DNA of 63,312 nucleotides, the filler included, from Candidatus Tectimicrobiota bacterium (GTDB lineage: Bacteria; JACPSX01): assembly GCA_016193065.1 (NCBI GenBank). It is 5 parts of 5 records of this genome, joined end to end, with 100 filler letters (N's around TTAATTAATTAA, not from the genome) between each part and the next. Parts side by side here need not be neighbours in the genome. Positions count along the whole stretch, not along the records: positions 31,697 to 59,784 come from JACPSX010000219.1; positions 59,885 to 63,312 come from JACPSX010000020.1; 3 more parts are not named here. The stretch is one strand, 5' to 3'. Below the pieces are notes generated by a model, which worked only from the letters and a program-made list of their open reading frames with translations, made no database searches and was not told the DNA's origin. Of the stretch, positions 53,013-61,542 are shown one piece after another. The stretch's first letter is position 1, and the number at the start of each line of letters is the position of its first letter. The translations under genes and the position numbers were made by a program.

Positions 53013-53054
53013 CCTTGCATCCTCCACAGCGTGGAAAGAACCTGAACCGCGAGG

Positions 53055-54143
53055 TTACAAACCTTTCATCGTCACCTCAATCCAGACCTTCTCCAGCGGG
53101 CTGTTGCGGGTCAGGAGCTTTTCCACCATGTCCATGGTCCGCACGATGACTTTACCGCTCTTGATCTTCTCCCGGATCTTCTCCGGGTAGGCGATCAGTT
53201 CTCCCCTCAACTCGGGGTGAGCCGGGGCGATTGCGGTCGCCTTCGAATAGGCCCTCTGCCCCTCCTTGGAAAGAAGCCAGTTCAAGAACACCTTTGCCGC
53301 GTTGGGGTGCGGGGTCGAGCGCAGGATGACGATCATGTCAGCGGCGGCCAGCAACGGATCGAGAGCCACCCAGCTCACCGGCACCCCCTTCTGTTCATTC
53401 TTGAAAGTTTCCTTCTCCATGGCGGGGATCACGAACTTAAGCTCCCCCGCCGCCGTGAGCTTGAGGGCGGCATTCGTCCCTTCGGAGCGGAACTGGGCGT
53501 TGGCCGAGAAGAGCTTCCTCATGTAATCGGTCGTTTTCTCGGCCCCCCAGGCCGTCCACAACTGGGGGAAGATAACCGCGTTGGCCGTGCGGGTGACCCC
53601 GATGACCCCCTTCCACTTGGGGTCGAGCAGATCCTCCCAGGTTTTCGGAAGATCCCGCTCGCTGACCAAATCCCGGTTATAGGCCACACTCCAGTATTTG
53701 ATGACAAACCCGATAAAGTGATCTTGCTTCAAATCCGCCGGATATCGCTTCCATATGGGAAGGTCGCGCAAATCCATGAGGACGCCGGCCTTGATGTAGT
53801 CTTCAAGGTTTCCGAGACTGGAGATCAGGTCGGTAATGGCTTCCCCTCGTTTGGCGGCAAAAAGCACCTTATCCCTGCGCACCTCTGTGGAGGCCTCCAG
53901 ATACTCGACCTTGACGAACGGATATCTCCGGTTGAAGACCCGCACCACCTCGCGAATCTCCAGGGGCCGATCGCTGCCGTAAAAAACGACCTTCCTCTCC
54001 TTCTTGGCGCCCTGGACCCAGGATTCCGGCACGGCAAATTCCGCCTCGTCCGCCGAGGTCTGCGCCTTGACAACCCCGCACGCGAGAACTGCCAGAAACG
54101 CCGCGGCCACCGCCAGCGCACCCCCATTCCGCTTCCACTTCAT
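53055..54143 (-). CDS. ABC substrate-binding protein (FbpA/PotD-like)
   Basis: Signal peptide, YNRDLV...PKTWEDLLDPKWKG, PHPNAAKVFLNWLLSKEGQ. Confidence 0.9.
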   Translation of the reverse strand: MKWKRNGGALAVAAAFLAVLACGVVKAQTSADEAEFAVPESWVQGAKKERKVVFYGSDRPLEIREVVRVFNRRYPFVKVEYLEASTEVRRDKVLFAAKRGEAITDLISSLGNLEDYIKAGVLMDLRDLPIWKRYPADLKQDHFIGFVIKYWSVAYNRDLVSERDLPKTWEDLLDPKWKGVIGVTRTANAVIFPQLWTAWGAEKTTDYMRKLFSANAQFRSEGTNAALKLTAAGELKFVIPAMEKETFKNEQKGVPVSWVALDPLLAAADMIVILRSTPHPNAAKVFLNWLLSKEGQRAYSKATAIAPAHPELRGELIAYPEKIREKIKSGKVIVRTMDMVEKLLTRNSPLEKVWIEVTMKGL

Positions 54144-54203
54144 GGCACCCTCCAGAGCGCCCCTACGAGTCAACGTTTGTAGGAGAGCCTCAACCACTGC
54201 GCT

Positions 54204-55226
54204 TCACATGTCCAGCAAGGGCTGAACTTCATCGTGAAACCGCTCCAGTTGCTGCACCGGATTCAAGGAAGCAAACATGATCACGATGCGATTCAAGGCG
54301 GGAACGGTTCTTTTGAACGAGAGCCAGTTGTTGACCACCTCGGCCACTTTCTGCGCAGGACCGTAGCAGCCGCTCCGCCTCAAGTCCTCAAAGGAGGGGT
54401 TCGCCTGCACCTGATAGAATCCCTTGCGCAGTCTGGTGTTATAGAAGCGCTCCGCCTCGTGCACGGCTTTCTCCCCGTCCCCGTCGATATTGAACTGTCC
54501 GAAACTGCTCAGCGTCAGGTCAAAATTCTCGTCCTCCAGGGTGCGCCCCTCTTTTCCGGCCACCTCCTTGAGAAGTTCCATCCCCTCCCGGCATACGTTC
54601 AGATCAGGCCGTCCTCCGGGGATCCAGCCCGTGGCAAATCGGGCGGTCCGCCGGATGCCCGGATGGTTCCACCCTCCTTTGCGCGCGGCTCCCGGAGCGC
54701 CCCGCTGGATGTTGCTGTGGAGACCGCCCATGAGGATCCCGGGATAGGGTTTCTGGACGGGCTTCGGATCCACGATGATCTCTTTCAGGCGATAATACTT
54801 GCCCTCGTACGTGACCTCGTCTTCGGTCCACAGCCGGGTCAAGATGTCCAAAGCCTCCTCCATCCGGGCTCCCCTCTCCTGAAACGGAATCCCCATCCCG
54901 GCGAACTCAGCGGGGATAAATCCGATCCCGACTCCGAGGATAAACCGGCCGCCGGAGAGGTGATCCAGGGTCACCACGCGCCGGGCCAGATCCACCGGCT
55001 GGTAGAGGGGAACCTGCAGCACGTCCGTTCCCAGCTTGATCCTGCTCGTCCTGCCCGCCACCGCAGCCAGCGTGTCCAGCGCGTCAAAACCATCCACGTC
55101 CCTGGCGATGAAGTGCGGCAACCAGAAAGATTCGTAGCCGAATTTCTCCACTTGCTCGGCAAATTGCAGGCGCACGGAGACCGGAATCGTAGACCCGATA
55201 GGCATCGCAAATCCCAGTTGCACCAT
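54204..55226 (-). CDS. LLM-class oxidoreductase; paralogue of 50837 and 59247
   Basis: GYESFWLPH, TLDHLSGGRFILGVGIG, PKPVQKP. Confidence 0.92.
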   Translation of the reverse strand: MVQLGFAMPIGSTIPVSVRLQFAEQVEKFGYESFWLPHFIARDVDGFDALDTLAAVAGRTSRIKLGTDVLQVPLYQPVDLARRVVTLDHLSGGRFILGVGIGFIPAEFAGMGIPFQERGARMEEALDILTRLWTEDEVTYEGKYYRLKEIIVDPKPVQKPYPGILMGGLHSNIQRGAPGAARKGGWNHPGIRRTARFATGWIPGGRPDLNVCREGMELLKEVAGKEGRTLEDENFDLTLSSFGQFNIDGDGEKAVHEAERFYNTRLRKGFYQVQANPSFEDLRRSGCYGPAQKVAEVVNNWLSFKRTVPALNRIVIMFASLNPVQQLERFHDEVQPLLDM

Positions 55227-55247
55227 CGCAAGCCCTCCTCTTATGAC

Positions 55248-56360
55248 TTATTTGCGGGTTAACAAGCGGCCGATTTCTCCCTCCCAGGCTTCCGCTTCCG
55301 GAGTGGACATGTAGCGCACGCGCTCCGGGGTCCACAACCAGGGGCGGACTCCCTCCCACTCCGGCCCCAGTTCAAATAGGGATTGACCTCTATAGTGCAG
55401 ATTCGGGGCACTGGCGACCTCTTGCCAGATCTTCAAAGCTTCGGGTCCGGCCAGAAAGGCAGCCAGCAGCTTCGCCGCATTGGGATGGCGAGCACCGGTT
55501 CGAACCGCGACATTGTGCTGGTTCATAAGAGCAACATCCATCGGCCTAAAGCCCGCGGACAATCCCTTGGCCTTCAACTGATGCGCAAAGGTTTCGCTGA
55601 TCAGGGCCACTATGGGATATTCCCCCAGGGTGAAACGGTTGATGGCAGTGGGCCATTCGGCCACCACGGCACCGTTCTTCATGATCCCCTCCACCACCGA
55701 AAGACTCGTTTGGCGCCCGAGGGGAATCACCAGTGGCATCCATACCAGGGGATAGGGAGGCACGAGAACCTTCCCACGCCACTTCGGATTCGTAAGATCC
55801 CTGAGACTTGCAGGCGCCTCCTGGGGAGACACCACCTTGGGGTTATACAGGAGACCGAGGTACGTTGTGTTGACGACCAGGCCGGACCCGCCAAAAACCA
55901 CGACTTCCCGTGGCGTCTTTGAGACGAGATAGGGTCCCCAGTCCACGCGCTCGACGGCCCCTGCCTCGGCCAGAGCGAAGAGGCGGAAGTCCTCTAAAGT
56001 GATGAGATCGTGGCTCGGTGGGGTCCCGGCCTTGTGCTCCGTCAAGGCTTGCGCCTGGATTCTCGGATAGCTTCGGGTCGGAGTGTAATTGATTTTCAGG
56101 TCAACGCCGTACTTTTTGCGGATTCCCTCCTGAATCGCCGCTACCCCTTGTGGAGTGAGTGAGGATTGCAGCGCCACGTCCACAACTCCTTCCCGCTTGG
56201 CTCCTTCCACGATGCGGGCCAACGGGTCTGCGGCCGGCGCTCCCCCCGGGGAGGCCGCCGCCGCCCCCTGGGGATACAACCAGGCCCCAGCCCACAAGAT
56301 TCCCAAAAACCCCAGCATCCGCGCACAAACCCGCCATCCGGTTCTGAATCCGCAGTGCAT
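55248..56360 (-). CDS. ABC substrate-binding protein; close paralogue of 56655-57791
   Basis: Signal-like N-terminus, GAKREG, LLYNP...NPKWRGK, ARHPNAAKL; start uncertain. Confidence 0.86.
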   Translation of the reverse strand: MHCGFRTGWRVCARMLGFLGILWAGAWLYPQGAAAASPGGAPAADPLARIVEGAKREGVVDVALQSSLTPQGVAAIQEGIRKKYGVDLKINYTPTRSYPRIQAQALTEHKAGTPPSHDLITLEDFRLFALAEAGAVERVDWGPYLVSKTPREVVVFGGSGLVVNTTYLGLLYNPKVVSPQEAPASLRDLTNPKWRGKVLVPPYPLVWMPLVIPLGRQTSLSVVEGIMKNGAVVAEWPTAINRFTLGEYPIVALISETFAHQLKAKGLSAGFRPMDVALMNQHNVAVRTGARHPNAAKLLAAFLAGPEALKIWQEVASAPNLHYRGQSLFELGPEWEGVRPWLWTPERVRYMSTPEAEAWEGEIGRLLTRK

Positions 56361-56546
56361 AATTTCACTCCCGTTGTCCCGCTGGTGAAAACAATATCTC
56401 TCCCTTAGCCACATTGCCGCCCGGGCTAGAGGCAAGCAGAGGATACGTGCCCCGCTCTCACTGGAAAACATGAAGTATTGATATTCGATCTTCTAACATT
56501 GCCCGGAATTGCTGTCAAGGGATATTCGAGGCAATGGGCAGAGCGT

Positions 56547-56642
56547 TCAGAGTCAGCACTCAGCTATCAGCCTGAGACCCGGGGGAGAATCAGGAAATTC
56601 TGCCCTCCAGAGCTGACAGCTGATCGCTGAAAGCTGAGAGCT
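56547..56642. repeat. Inverted pair of heptamer arrays (TCAGCnn x4 / nGCTGAn x4-5)
   Basis: TCAG at 56547, 56553, 56560, 56567; GCTGA at 56612, 56619, 56626, 56633 (period 7). Confidence 0.85.
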
Positions 56643-56654
56643 ATCCTTGTCTCT

Positions 56655-57791
56655 CTACTTGCGGATCAACAAGCGACCGATTTCTTGCTCCCAGGCTTGC
56701 GCTTCCGGGGTGGACATGAAGCGCAGGCGCTCCGGAGTCCAGAACCAGGGCCGTACTCCATTCCACTCCGGCCCCAGGTCAAAGAGGGATTGGCCTCGAT
56801 AATAAAAGTTGGGGTTGCTGCCAATCTCCTGCCAGATCTTCAAGGCATCGGGGCCAGCCAGGAAAGCAGCCAGCAGCCTTGCCGCATTGGGATGACGCGC
56901 ATTTCTCCTCACCGCGACGATGCGCAGGCCCAGGTTGGCGGTATCCAACGGCCTGAACCCCACGGCCATGCCCCGCGCCTTGACCTGACCGGCATAGATT
57001 TCGCTGATCAGAGCCACCAGGGGATACTCTCCCAAGGTAAAGCGGGTAATCGCAGTGGGCCATTCGCTCACCACGGCCCCGTTCTTCATAATCGCCTCCA
57101 CCCCCGAGAGGCTCGCCTGCCGACCCATAGGAATCGCCAGGGTCATCCACGTCGAGGTGTAAGGGGGAATCAGGATCTTTCCTCGCCACTTGGGATTGGC
57201 CAGATCTTTCAAGCTTGCCGGAGCTTCCTCGGGACGGATCACCTTGGAGTTGTACAGGAGACCCACAAACGCCGTGTTCACCACAAGACCCGAGCCCTCA
57301 TAGACCACGCTCTCCGGAGGAGTCCCGGGAGGAAGCAAGGGTCCCCAGTCCACGCGCTCGACGGCCCCAGCTTCGGCCAAATCAAATATATGAGTTTCCG
57401 CACCGGTGATAAGATCGAAGCTTGGAGGGACCCCAGCCTTGTGCTCCGTGAGAGCTTGCGCCTGGATTCTCGGAAAACTCCTGGTGGGGGAATTATTGAT
57501 TTTCAGATCGACACCGTATTTTTTCCGGACGGCTTCTTGAACCGCCGCTACTCCCCGGGGGGTGAGTGAGGATTGCAGCGTTGCATCCACAACTCCTTCT
57601 CGTTTGGCCCCCTCAATGACACGGGTGAGTGAGTCTGCAGATGAGGTCCCTCCCGGCGAAGCGGCCGCAACTCTGTCTGTCTTCTGTGCCGCCACCGCCG
57701 CCGGATGCAGCAAAACGCCGGCGCACAAAATCCATACGGCCACGAGGAACAGCGTACATGCCAGGCACCCGGCACTGATTCGACGGACCAT
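56655..57791 (-). CDS. ABC substrate-binding protein
   Basis: Signal-like N-terminus, GAKREG, NPKWRGK, ARHPNAARL. Confidence 0.87.
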   Translation of the reverse strand: MVRRISAGCLACTLFLVAVWILCAGVLLHPAAVAAQKTDRVAAASPGGTSSADSLTRVIEGAKREGVVDATLQSSLTPRGVAAVQEAVRKKYGVDLKINNSPTRSFPRIQAQALTEHKAGVPPSFDLITGAETHIFDLAEAGAVERVDWGPLLPPGTPPESVVYEGSGLVVNTAFVGLLYNSKVIRPEEAPASLKDLANPKWRGKILIPPYTSTWMTLAIPMGRQASLSGVEAIMKNGAVVSEWPTAITRFTLGEYPLVALISEIYAGQVKARGMAVGFRPLDTANLGLRIVAVRRNARHPNAARLLAAFLAGPDALKIWQEIGSNPNFYYRGQSLFDLGPEWNGVRPWFWTPERLRFMSTPEAQAWEQEIGRLLIRK

Positions 57792-57869
57792 GATTTCCTC
57801 CTCCCTTTTTTCCTTACTCGATCCCACGGCCTTCCGAGGAGATCCGAGATGGGGAAAGCAGTGGACATC

Positions 57870-57990
57870 CTACATGCAAGGGAGAACCGTCTTCTCCAGC
57901 CGATCCACCTGGGTTTTGATGTCGAAAGTGTGGAAGTAGAGAACGATTCTTTCGGCACCGTAACCCCAGAAGCAATGCAGTTTCCATTCT
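57870..57990 (-). pseudogene. C-terminal remnant of an LLM oxidoreductase
   Basis: FWGYGAERIVLYFHTFDIKTQVDRLEKTVLPCM-stop aligns with LWALGPERIVFYIHSVDTATQLKRIEKEILPKI of 42749. Confidence 0.72.
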
Positions 57991-58067
57991 CGCTCACTCT
58001 TGCTCAGGCGACAGTGCCAGAAGGATTCGAATCCTCTCCTCCCGCTCTCTCAGGGAGAGGAGGCACT

Positions 58068-59147
58068 TCACTGTCCCTGCAAGATTCTGGACACTTCTTT
58101 TCTCAGGTCGTCCGCCGCCTTGGTACCCTGGAATTCGAAGGCGCCCGGCCAATGGGACCAGCTGAACGTCTTGAGGCCTGCTTTCTGGGCCTCCTGAGCC
58201 AATTTATGGTCGTAGGAATCCGAATAGAAAGAGTTCCCGTTGCCAATCTCGTTCTCCCAGATCCGGTGAGCTTCCGGCCCGGACATGTAGGCGATCAGCA
58301 GCTTGGCCGCATTGGGATGCCTGGCTCCTTTGCGGACTCCGAGTTGATGAATCGTCGCGTAGGCAAAATCCAGACTCTTGAAGCGGACCGGAATCCCCTT
58401 TTTCACAGCCTGCTCATAGAACGCCGAAGTGATCAGGATCAGGGGATACTCTCCCACTGTAAACCGGCGGAACGCGGAGGGGTAAGTATCCACCACGGCT
58501 CCATTGTTCATCAGAGCCTTCAAGTCGGACAGAATTCGGGCCTTGTCGTAGACGAGCGAGTAGGCGGTGTAGAGGTCCGTGTAAGGAAAAATGACGAACT
58601 TGCCCTTCCATTTCGGCTTTCCCAGATCGCTCAGTGAATTTGGCACGTCCTGAGGAGAGACCACCCGGGGGTTATAGAGCAGTCCCACATGCCCCGTGTA
58701 AATGGCCACGCTTTGCCCACTAAACTGCACGACCTCCGCAGGTGTTCCTTCCGGCAGCAGGGAGGCCCAATCAACTTTCTCCAGGATTCCCTCCCGGACG
58801 GCACCATATATGGTGCTGTCCGAGGAGACATGGATATCGTAGGAAGGAGTCACCCTGGCCCGGAACTCGGAAATCGCCTGAGCGGTCAACTGGGGGTAAT
58901 TGCTGGTCGGAGCATAATTAATTTTCAAATTGACCCCGTACCTTGCAGCGATCCCCTTTTCCACCTTATTGGCTCCTTCGGGAGTAAGGCTCGCGGGGAG
59001 AACAGCATCCACCACCCCCTCTTTTTTTGCCCCCTCAAGCACTCTGGTCAGCGCCTCACTGGCAGCCCAAGACCCAGTCGTAAGCACCAGAACCCAGAGG
59101 CTCGTCACGAGCCCGCCGGCCACAACACTCCACTGCTCTCTCCTCAT
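58068..59147 (-). CDS. ABC substrate-binding protein
   Basis: Signal peptide, GAKKEG, PKWKGK, ARHPNAAKL. Confidence 0.88.
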   Translation of the reverse strand: MRREQWSVVAGGLVTSLWVLVLTTGSWAASEALTRVLEGAKKEGVVDAVLPASLTPEGANKVEKGIAARYGVNLKINYAPTSNYPQLTAQAISEFRARVTPSYDIHVSSDSTIYGAVREGILEKVDWASLLPEGTPAEVVQFSGQSVAIYTGHVGLLYNPRVVSPQDVPNSLSDLGKPKWKGKFVIFPYTDLYTAYSLVYDKARILSDLKALMNNGAVVDTYPSAFRRFTVGEYPLILITSAFYEQAVKKGIPVRFKSLDFAYATIHQLGVRKGARHPNAAKLLIAYMSGPEAHRIWENEIGNGNSFYSDSYDHKLAQEAQKAGLKTFSWSHWPGAFEFQGTKAADDLRKEVSRILQGQ

Positions 59148-59246
59148 CTGAGCATCCTCCCTAACATGAAAAGAATTTTTGATCTCATGAGTTCCTCCCC
59201 CTTCTACGGGCCGCTGCTTAGGAAGGAACTTTGCCCTGCAATAGCT

Positions 59247-59784
59247 TCACAAGCCCAGCAAAGGCCGAACTTCATTGTGAAACCGCTCCAGTTGCTGCAC
59301 GGGGTCCAGGGAAGCAAACATGATGATGATTCGCTTTAGCGCCGGCACCACCTTCTTGAACCCGATCCAGCGATTGATAACCTCCGCTACCTCCTCCGCA
59401 GGGCCGTAACAGCCGCTCGCCTTCTGGGATTCGAAAGATGGATTCCCCTGGAGCTGATAGAAGCCCTTGCGGACCCTCGTGTTGTAGAAGCGCTGGGCTT
59501 CGCTGAGCGCCTTGTTGCGGTCGCCATCAATGTTGAACTGGCCGTAGCTGGTCTGCGTCAGATCAAACTCCTCATCTTTCAGGGAACGCCCCTCTTTGCG
59601 GGCTGCTTCCTTAAGAAGTTCCATCCCTTCCCGGCAGACCTCCAGGTCAGGCCTTCCTCCGGGTATCCAACCCGTGGCGAACCGGACCGTCCGCCGGATC
59701 CCCCGCTGGTTCCATCCTCCCTTGCGGTCGCTTCCCGGAGCGCCCTGCTGGATGTTCGTATAGAGACCCCCCATCAGAATCCCG
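59247..59784 (-). CDS. LLM-class oxidoreductase, 3' part (contig end)
   Basis: Colinear with the C-terminal half of 54204-55226 (RFATGWIPGGRPDL...QLERFH). Confidence 0.9.
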
Positions 59785-59884
59785 NNNNNNNNNNNNNNNN
59801 NNNNNNNNNNNNNNNNNNNNNNNNNNNNTTAATTAATTAANNNNNNNNNNNNNNNNNNNNNNNNNNNNNNNNNNNNNNNNNNNN
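59785..59884. other. Artificial contig linker
   Basis: N run with TTAATTAATTAA. Confidence 0.98.
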
Positions 59885-60044
59885 ACCCAGGTGGTTACCC
59901 AACTTCAGGTGTTTCAACGACACCAAGATTTGAAAGGGCCAAATTTTATGCAACGTTTGGTTTTACGCGAAATAGACAAATAGGGGACGTAGGTTCTAAA
60001 GCACATTGATGGAACGAGAGACGGAAACGGGAATTGCGGGAATT

Positions 60045-60291
60045 GGGGTCAGAGAACTATTTTATTGATGGCACTCGGATCAAATTGTAAGCTCCGTCAG
60101 GTTCTTGTCCCAGTTCGGAGTGAGGTATTGCCCATGGCTCGGGCACCCCGCATTATGATTCCCACGTATCCACATCATATCATCCAGTGCGGGAACAATC
60201 GCCAGGCTATATTTTTTGCAGAAGACGATGAGTAGAGTCGAGGATCAAGGAAGGGGAGTGGGAGCAAATAATGAAAAAGTACTCTGACCCC
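60045..60291 (+). mobile_element. Internally deleted REP-associated tyrosine transposase (RAYT/Y1) element with flanking inverted repeats
   Basis: 60134-60235 reads MARAPRIMIPTYPHHIIQCGNNRQAIF; GGGGTCAGAGAACTATTT at 60045 and AAAAAGTACTCTGACCCC at 60274 match 16/18 as inverted repeats. Confidence 0.72.
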
Positions 60292-60358
60292 CTATTCCGG
60301 ACTCCCTATTCCTCGCCCACGGCGACAAGTGGGTTCCTGCGAATAGGGGCGGGCGTGC

Positions 60359-60422
60359 GCTGCCGCGGGTACGGCACGCTGCGCGTCCTGCCCGCGGCAG
60401 CTCAATCCGCGGGCCGTTAGCC
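60359..60422 (+). other. attC-like site (right part), preceding the TA cassette
   Basis: 11-bp inverted repeat GCTGCCGCGGG/CCCGCGGCAGC followed by core GTTAGCC at 60416-60422; left core not recognisable. Confidence 0.5.
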
Positions 60423-60482
60423 GCTGGTTGAGATGGTAGCCCAGCTACGAGATTTGTGGTATGCTCGACTGGAGGTCTAGCA

Positions 60483-60716
60483 ATGAAGTACACTTCGATT
60501 CCCGAACCGCCAGGATTCAGCAAGCTATCCAAAGCGGAGCAGATTTGCTACTTGCAGGTGCTCTGGGACCGCATTGTTGAAAGTCCAGGTGAGCTTCCGG
60601 TGCCGCAGAGCCACATTGAGCTGGCAGAGCAAAGGCTTGCTGATTACCGCCGTGACCCAACTGTGGCTCGGCCGGCACACGACGTCCTAGAACGTTTGGG
60701 CAAGAAAACTCGGTGA
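60483..60716 (+). CDS. Addiction-module antitoxin (TIGR02574-like)
   Basis: LSKAEQICYLQVLWDRI...HIELAEQRLADYRRDP pattern; GTGA overlap with the toxin. Confidence 0.8.
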   Translation: MKYTSIPEPPGFSKLSKAEQICYLQVLWDRIVESPGELPVPQSHIELAEQRLADYRRDPTVARPAHDVLERLGKKTR

Positions 60717-61015
60717 CTGGGTATCGGCTGGTTTCGGAGCCGCGGGCCGATCTGGATATTGAGGCGGCCTTCCAGTGGTACGAGAACGAACAGCCAGGGC
60801 TGGGGCCAGAGTTCCTTGACGAGCTGCGTGCTACCTACGACCGCATCGTCGATGGTCCGCTGAGATACCAAGAACTCAGGTCTGGGATCCGCCGGGCGCT
60901 GGTGAAACGCTTCCCGTATGCCGTTTACTTTGTCGTCGAGGTCGATGTCATTGTGGTGCTTGCTGTGCTTCACGCCAGTCGAGATCCGGCGGAATGGCAG
61001 CGGCGGAGAAGTTAA
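60713..61015 (+). CDS. RelE/ParE-family type II toxin
   Basis: ADLDIEAAFQWYE..PGLG, RRALVKRFPYAVYF, VLAVLHASRDP. Confidence 0.9.
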   Translation: MTGYRLVSEPRADLDIEAAFQWYENEQPGLGPEFLDELRATYDRIVDGPLRYQELRSGIRRALVKRFPYAVYFVVEVDVIVVLAVLHASRDPAEWQRRRS

Positions 61016-61455
61016 CTTTCCTGCCGAATTCCTGGGACGCCATATATAATCTTCCTTGGGAATCTTCCTTGTGGGTCGGATTTTCCTTGCCGGACTCCTT
61101 GCGGTTCCTTGCGGGTCGGGCCAAGCTAAGTATTCGAGATCCATGGGAATGTTTTGGAAAGAGTGTTCTTTTTCGAATGTATAAGCGTCTTTTTGACATC
61201 AAAACCAGCGCTCGTCGCGCACCCCTATGGCAAGAGCAAAGAGGCACTATGATATAGGGGCAGAAAATCTCTATCTTTGGGAAATGAATCCAGAATAATC
61301 AGTTGTCTGGCCTGGCCCGACCCCAACCATGTGACAGATCGATTCGCAGGAGTATTGGTGCTGTTTGGTGTAAAATCTCATTGGGGTCTCCTCCTCTAAA
61401 GTGGTTTGCCTAAGCACGAGCATACCAGGTGGCATGCTCAGGAGGGGGCCTCAAT

Positions 61456-61518
61456 GAGTATCAAGCGGATGGAACCGATGGCCCTGCGGGCCACGGCTCA
61501 TCCGCCGCCCCGTTAGCC
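61456..61518 (+). other. attC-like integron recombination site
   Basis: Nested inverted repeats GCGGATG/CATCCGC, GAACCG/CGGCTC and TGGCCC/GGGCCA ending in core GTTAGCC (61512-61518); left core degenerate (GAGTATC). Confidence 0.65.
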
Positions 61519-61542
61519 AGTCAGTCTAGGTGCGAACGAGAC

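Noticed and set aside
50246-55262. Long plus-strand ORFs (50246-51763, 53217-54182, 54234-55262 and similar elsewhere)
   Set aside because: Antisense shadows of well-supported minus-strand genes in high-GC DNA; no motifs.
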